DNA of 64,000 bases from an uncultured virus (IMG/VR IMGVR_UViG_3300035208_004867) (lineage: Duplodnaviria; Heunggongvirae; Uroviricota; Caudoviricetes): IMG/VR virus record IMGVR_UViG_3300035208_004867. The stretch is one strand, 5' to 3'. Below, piece by piece: positions 60,328-64,000 of this stretch. Every line of letters begins with the position of its first letter. Position 1 is the first letter of the stretch. The position numbers and the translations under genes were made by a program. The notes below the pieces were generated by a model. That model was not told the origin of the DNA. It did not search any database and was given only the letters and a program-made list of their open reading frames with translations.

Positions 60328-60938
60328 AAAGGATAATAATAGAAGACAATAAACCTGTTACTCAGTCAGGGTTATCCCAGGCGGATACATTCGGTAAAAA
60401 TATAAATATTGTTTATGGATATGTTACAAACATTTATATAAAACTTGCCGCGGTATCGGTAAAACTTGACAACGGAATAACGATTAAATATGTTTCTGTC
60501 CCGTCACGAGAATGGGAGTCAGGAGACGGTGCCGGTAAAACTGATATGCCGCCTGTAGGTTCAAGGGTGTCTGTTTTTTTTCCTTATGGGCAGCAGAATA
60601 TTTCCGGTGTCCGTGTGCAGGATTCTCCGATAGACATTAAAAAGGATACTGACAGGCTGGTTACAGGGGAAGAGAATAAGATAACACATCTTTTAAAAGG
60701 CGGGATACAGACCGTATATGACCGTTCCACAGGCAATTATATCATAACTGATAAAGATAACAGTTCTTTTTCCATTACAATAAATAAGAAAAACAGTATA
60801 ATATCAGTTACAGACTGGAATTCAAACAAATTTGTCATGAACAGTGACGGGATTAATATTACTGATAAGAACAATAATACGATAGCGATGGCAAGCGGTA
60901 AAGTGACAATAAACAGTCATCTTGAGGTAACGTCGTGA
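60324..60938 (+). CDS. Baseplate spike (gpV/gp5-like)
   Basis: OB fold (MPPVGSRV.V.F) plus beta-helix-like C-terminus. Confidence 0.75.
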   Translation: MKRIIIEDNKPVTQSGLSQADTFGKNINIVYGYVTNIYIKLAAVSVKLDNGITIKYVSVPSREWESGDGAGKTDMPPVGSRVSVFFPYGQQNISGVRVQDSPIDIKKDTDRLVTGEENKITHLLKGGIQTVYDRSTGNYIITDKDNSSFSITINKKNSIISVTDWNSNKFVMNSDGINITDKNNNTIAMASGKVTINSHLEVTS

Positions 60939-61309
60939 AATATATCATGGTAAACGGAGGAACAGTGGGATTCGGAACAGGTGCTGTTGTTACGGGTGGT
61001 ATATTTACTATTACATCGGTACCAAGTACTGATGTGCTTATTGATAACAACGGAGTATATTCTGGATCTTTATCTTGGACTTTTGCAGGAGGAAGCGGTA
61101 CAGGGAGCGTATCAGGTACCGTAACCGGATCAGGAACTATAACGGCAGGAAGCACAAGTACAAAAGCTGATTCAAAGACTGTTGTCCTTTCTGGAGATTC
61201 TGTAACGGCAACTTTTACCGGGGTGGATTCTGACGGGAATACAGTAACATATGCTGCCCAGCAGGTAGAAATACTTACGGCTGGTCAAAGTGCAGTAAAG
61301 GCGGATTGA
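60935..61309 (+). CDS. PAAR-like spike tip protein
   Basis: Gly/Thr/Ser-rich; ends AGQSAVKAD; follows the spike. Confidence 0.6.
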   Translation: MKYIMVNGGTVGFGTGAVVTGGIFTITSVPSTDVLIDNNGVYSGSLSWTFAGGSGTGSVSGTVTGSGTITAGSTSTKADSKTVVLSGDSVTATFTGVDSDGNTVTYAAQQVEILTAGQSAVKAD

Positions 61310-61310
61310 T

Positions 61311-62990
61311 ATGGCGACAAGTACTGATTATGCATATTACACAAATTTGTGGCAGAAAGCTTATTATCTTGAAATTCTGAACAGCAGTAAGATAGTTGTG
61401 CAGTCTTTTGCTTTTTCTATGCCGCCGCAGTCATCTAAAATAAAGATAGGCCAGAGAATAAATGAAAAAAGAACTTTCGGCGGATTGTTTACTGATGATT
61501 ATGGAACCGATACTGCCCAGATATCTCTTTCGGGTAATACGGGAAATTCCCAGCTTAAAGAAATAAAATTCAACGGAGTCGCACAGTTTGTAAACGGGGA
61601 AACCGAATCTCAGATTATATTAAATGACATTGCACAGTATAAAAATACATATCCAACGGATTTTGCAGATTATAAACTATATCTGTATGATTTGAGTCAG
61701 TCAACAGTAACGGGTGTTGCTTCAAAATATTCCGGATGGGAAGTAAATCTTAAAGATGTTACAATTTCAAGGGACGCATCAAGACCTTTGTTCTGGAATT
61801 ATTCTATAGAATTCACCGGGATACATCCTTTAGGAATTAAATCATACAAAACAAACGGTCTTTATGGTTCTACGGCAATTGAACTGCTGGAGTCTCTTGT
61901 TACAGCAGTACAGACAGGACTTGCAGCACTAAAAAAAATCCTTGCATCCTATACATCCGTAGTAAGTACAATAGTATATGCAGAAAGCCTCTGCGATGAT
62001 CTTGTATCATCGGTAACAGAATATGCGGATACTCTTGAAGGGTTTATAACAACAACGGAAACAGGAATAAATTCAACATTCCAGATAATAGAATTTCCCA
62101 TGTCTCTCGCCACAGAACTTGTTGATGCAGTACAGGACATACGCACATCATTTGAAAATTCCGTTGATACAATAGAAAATGATCTGACTGATGTAGAAAC
62201 AAAAGCAGATACAACCGTTGAAATATACACAGACCTGTTCAATGTTGAGGATGATGCATACAGTGTACGTGCAACAGCAAAAAAACTTGGAAACACACCG
62301 ACTGTTGAGACTGTCCCAAGCGATACGTCCGGAGCAGTATCAGCGACCATAATAAGCAGTAATACAACGACAAGCGGGACGACGGATACAGAGCTGTCCC
62401 TTTTAAAAACATATGGATATAAATCAGAAACAGCTACGTCAGAAACAACTCTTGACAAACTTGCGGTAAAATATTATGGAAGCGCTGACTATGCGAATAC
62501 GATTGCAATTTATAATAATATAAAGGGTGATTCTGATATTATTACGGGTATGGAACTTAAAATACCGTATCTGTCATACACTCAGTCGATAAACAACAAT
62601 GAGACTTATTCTGCATCAGGTACAGATTTTTATGGAACTGATATTTCTTTGTCCGATAACAATGACATGGAACTTGCAGAGTATGGAGATTATAAAACAG
62701 TTGACAGTGAAAACAATGTGGGACAGGCAATGAATCTGAGGCTGGCAGAAGATAAAAGTTCACGTGTAAGACTTGATAATTACGGAATAACAAGTGCTGC
62801 CGGTACAGTAGATTCGGCAAGTCTTTTAGTCTTCGTTTCATCCGTAAAAGATACGCTTGTTCAGGATCCCAGAATAAACAGCGTTGAAAATTTCAGCACA
62901 AAAGTTGACGGAAGCACTGTTTATCTGTCTTACAATGCAAATCTGGAAAACGGGGGAACATACAGCTTCACATCAAGCGTTTCCTCTTGA
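61311..62990 (+). CDS. Fused tube-initiator / LysM-like / gp25-like baseplate protein
   Basis: QISLSGNTG N-domain; TLDKLAVKYYG..IAIYNNI..GMELKIP; YG..VKDTLVQDPRINSV. Confidence 0.7.
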   Translation: MATSTDYAYYTNLWQKAYYLEILNSSKIVVQSFAFSMPPQSSKIKIGQRINEKRTFGGLFTDDYGTDTAQISLSGNTGNSQLKEIKFNGVAQFVNGETESQIILNDIAQYKNTYPTDFADYKLYLYDLSQSTVTGVASKYSGWEVNLKDVTISRDASRPLFWNYSIEFTGIHPLGIKSYKTNGLYGSTAIELLESLVTAVQTGLAALKKILASYTSVVSTIVYAESLCDDLVSSVTEYADTLEGFITTTETGINSTFQIIEFPMSLATELVDAVQDIRTSFENSVDTIENDLTDVETKADTTVEIYTDLFNVEDDAYSVRATAKKLGNTPTVETVPSDTSGAVSATIISSNTTTSGTTDTELSLLKTYGYKSETATSETTLDKLAVKYYGSADYANTIAIYNNIKGDSDIITGMELKIPYLSYTQSINNNETYSASGTDFYGTDISLSDNNDMELAEYGDYKTVDSENNVGQAMNLRLAEDKSSRVRLDNYGITSAAGTVDSASLLVFVSSVKDTLVQDPRINSVENFSTKVDGSTVYLSYNANLENGGTYSFTSSVSS

Positions 62991-63082
62991 AAAATATTAT
63001 AGAAAGTTGTATCATTAATTAAGAAATAAGTGTTTCCAAAAAAGAAGAAGGGGCACGGCGGTAATATCGTCGTGCTTTTTTT
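62987..63082 (+). promoter_or_regulatory. Promoter followed by a leader terminator
   Basis: TTGAAA-17-TATCAT; hairpin 63046-63082 with T-tract. Confidence 0.65.
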
Positions 63083-63103
63083 ATATATAACGGGGTAAAA
63101 AGA

Positions 63104-64000
63104 ATGAGCTTCAATTTACGGACATATTCCGCCATTTATGCTTCAATTAAAGCTTATATAATAGCCAATCAGGATATTATAACAGATTTTAATGACGGAG
63201 GTGTCCTTTCTTCAGAAATAGAAGCTTTCTCAAGACAACTTGCTCAGGCATACGCAGAAGACAGAGCCGGATTTACAGAAGTTCTTAAAAGACTTCCCTA
63301 CTCTATATTTGATTTTTCTGCGAAAGATGCAGTGGCGGCCACAGGATCAGTCACCTTTGCCAGAACTGATACAACGGCGGCAGTAACAATATCATCGGGA
63401 ACTCAGGTATCTACTACCGGAGGAGTCGTATTTGAGACTACAGCAGATGCGTCAATGGCCATAGGAACGGCAAATGTATCTGTAGCCGTCAAGGCCGTAA
63501 CATCAGGTACGACAGGCAACGTATCCGCCGGTACTGTAACAACTATTGTATCTTCTGTGGATGCTGATTCTGTAACAAACTCATCGGCTATGTCCGGTGG
63601 TGTAGATGCTGAAACGACATCCCAGATGCTGTCACGGTTCCGTTCTTACATTATGGGACTTTCAAAAAGTAATAAATATGGAATTATGTATGCAGCTCTG
63701 TTGAATACATCAGTAAGATCGGCTTCAGTGCTTGAACATTTTCCACCGAAAAGCAATCTTTATAATTTTACTCTTTATATAGACGACGGTAACGGGTCAG
63801 CAAGCAGCGAGATGATCGCAGTTGTAAAAAATATTATTGACGGAGACGGAACACAGACAAATCCGGGATACAGGGCTGCCGGAATAAACTGTGATATACT
63901 GGCTCCTACAATTCTTTATCAGGCGGTTACAGCTACTATTACCGTTAATTATGATGTTGATGTAGATGAAGCAAAGTCAACCCTTGGAAGCGCAATTACA
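63104..64000 (+). CDS. Baseplate J-like wedge protein (3'-truncated)
   Basis: ITDFN.GGV, ATGSVTF, GNV.AG, SGGVDAET..M..RFR, GYRAAGI; absent from the ORF track because no stop lies in the window. Confidence 0.88.
   Translation, partial: MSFNLRTYSAIYASIKAYIIANQDIITDFNDGGVLSSEIEAFSRQLAQAYAEDRAGFTEVLKRLPYSIFDFSAKDAVAATGSVTFARTDTTAAVTISSGTQVSTTGGVVFETTADASMAIGTANVSVAVKAVTSGTTGNVSAGTVTTIVSSVDADSVTNSSAMSGGVDAETTSQMLSRFRSYIMGLSKSNKYGIMYAALLNTSVRSASVLEHFPPKSNLYNFTLYIDDGNGSASSEMIAVVKNIIDGDGTQTNPGYRAAGINCDILAPTILYQAVTATITVNYDVDVDEAKSTLGSAIT

Noticed and set aside
708..62841. Most minus-strand and nested ORFs in the six-frame track
   Set aside because: They shadow well-supported plus-strand genes and lack motifs or RBSs; only tnpA and the 44.6-45.8 kb operon are credible on the minus strand.
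49331..63470. Repeat pairs (49.3/63.4 kb and the DUF551 paralogues) as DGR template/variable repeats
   Set aside because: No reverse transcriptase in the window and no adenine-specific mismatch pattern.
1..64000. CRISPR array
   Set aside because: No regularly spaced repeats with unique spacers; the tandem repeats seen are coding.

Overview
This window is part of a tailed myophage or prophage genome, almost all on the + strand and truncated at both ends. The host is probably a spirochaete (weak inference from the HU/IHF, SSB and attC styles). Layout: recombination, nucleotide metabolism and replication genes (0.1-10 kb: YqaJ, AAA ATPase, RecT, dUTPase, dCMP deaminase, replisome organiser, DnaC-like); terminase (14.6-16.9 kb); a ~20 kb mosaic accessory region (IS200/IS605 tnpA+tnpB, methylase, exonuclease, HU, SSB, PcfK/PcfJ, many fragments); then a Herelleviridae-style head module and a contractile tail/baseplate module (37.3-64 kb). 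The most notable signals are non-coding. (1) A promoter-driven ncRNA locus (31.0-31.6 kb) holds a tRNA-like RNA with a large multi-hairpin insert, followed by an orphan TnpB omega/reRNA scaffold with its own guide, separate from the tnpB at 23-24.7 kb. (2) There are two C4/CI-like antisense RNAs; one has a loop (ACCGTCC) complementary to an unusual GGACGGT motif that precedes at least nine start codons. (3) A pseudoknotted type II hammerhead ribozyme lies at 18.63-18.69 kb. (4) A well-formed integron cassette and several decayed attC sites occur with no integrase in the window. All calls come from reading the sequence by eye; no searches were run.
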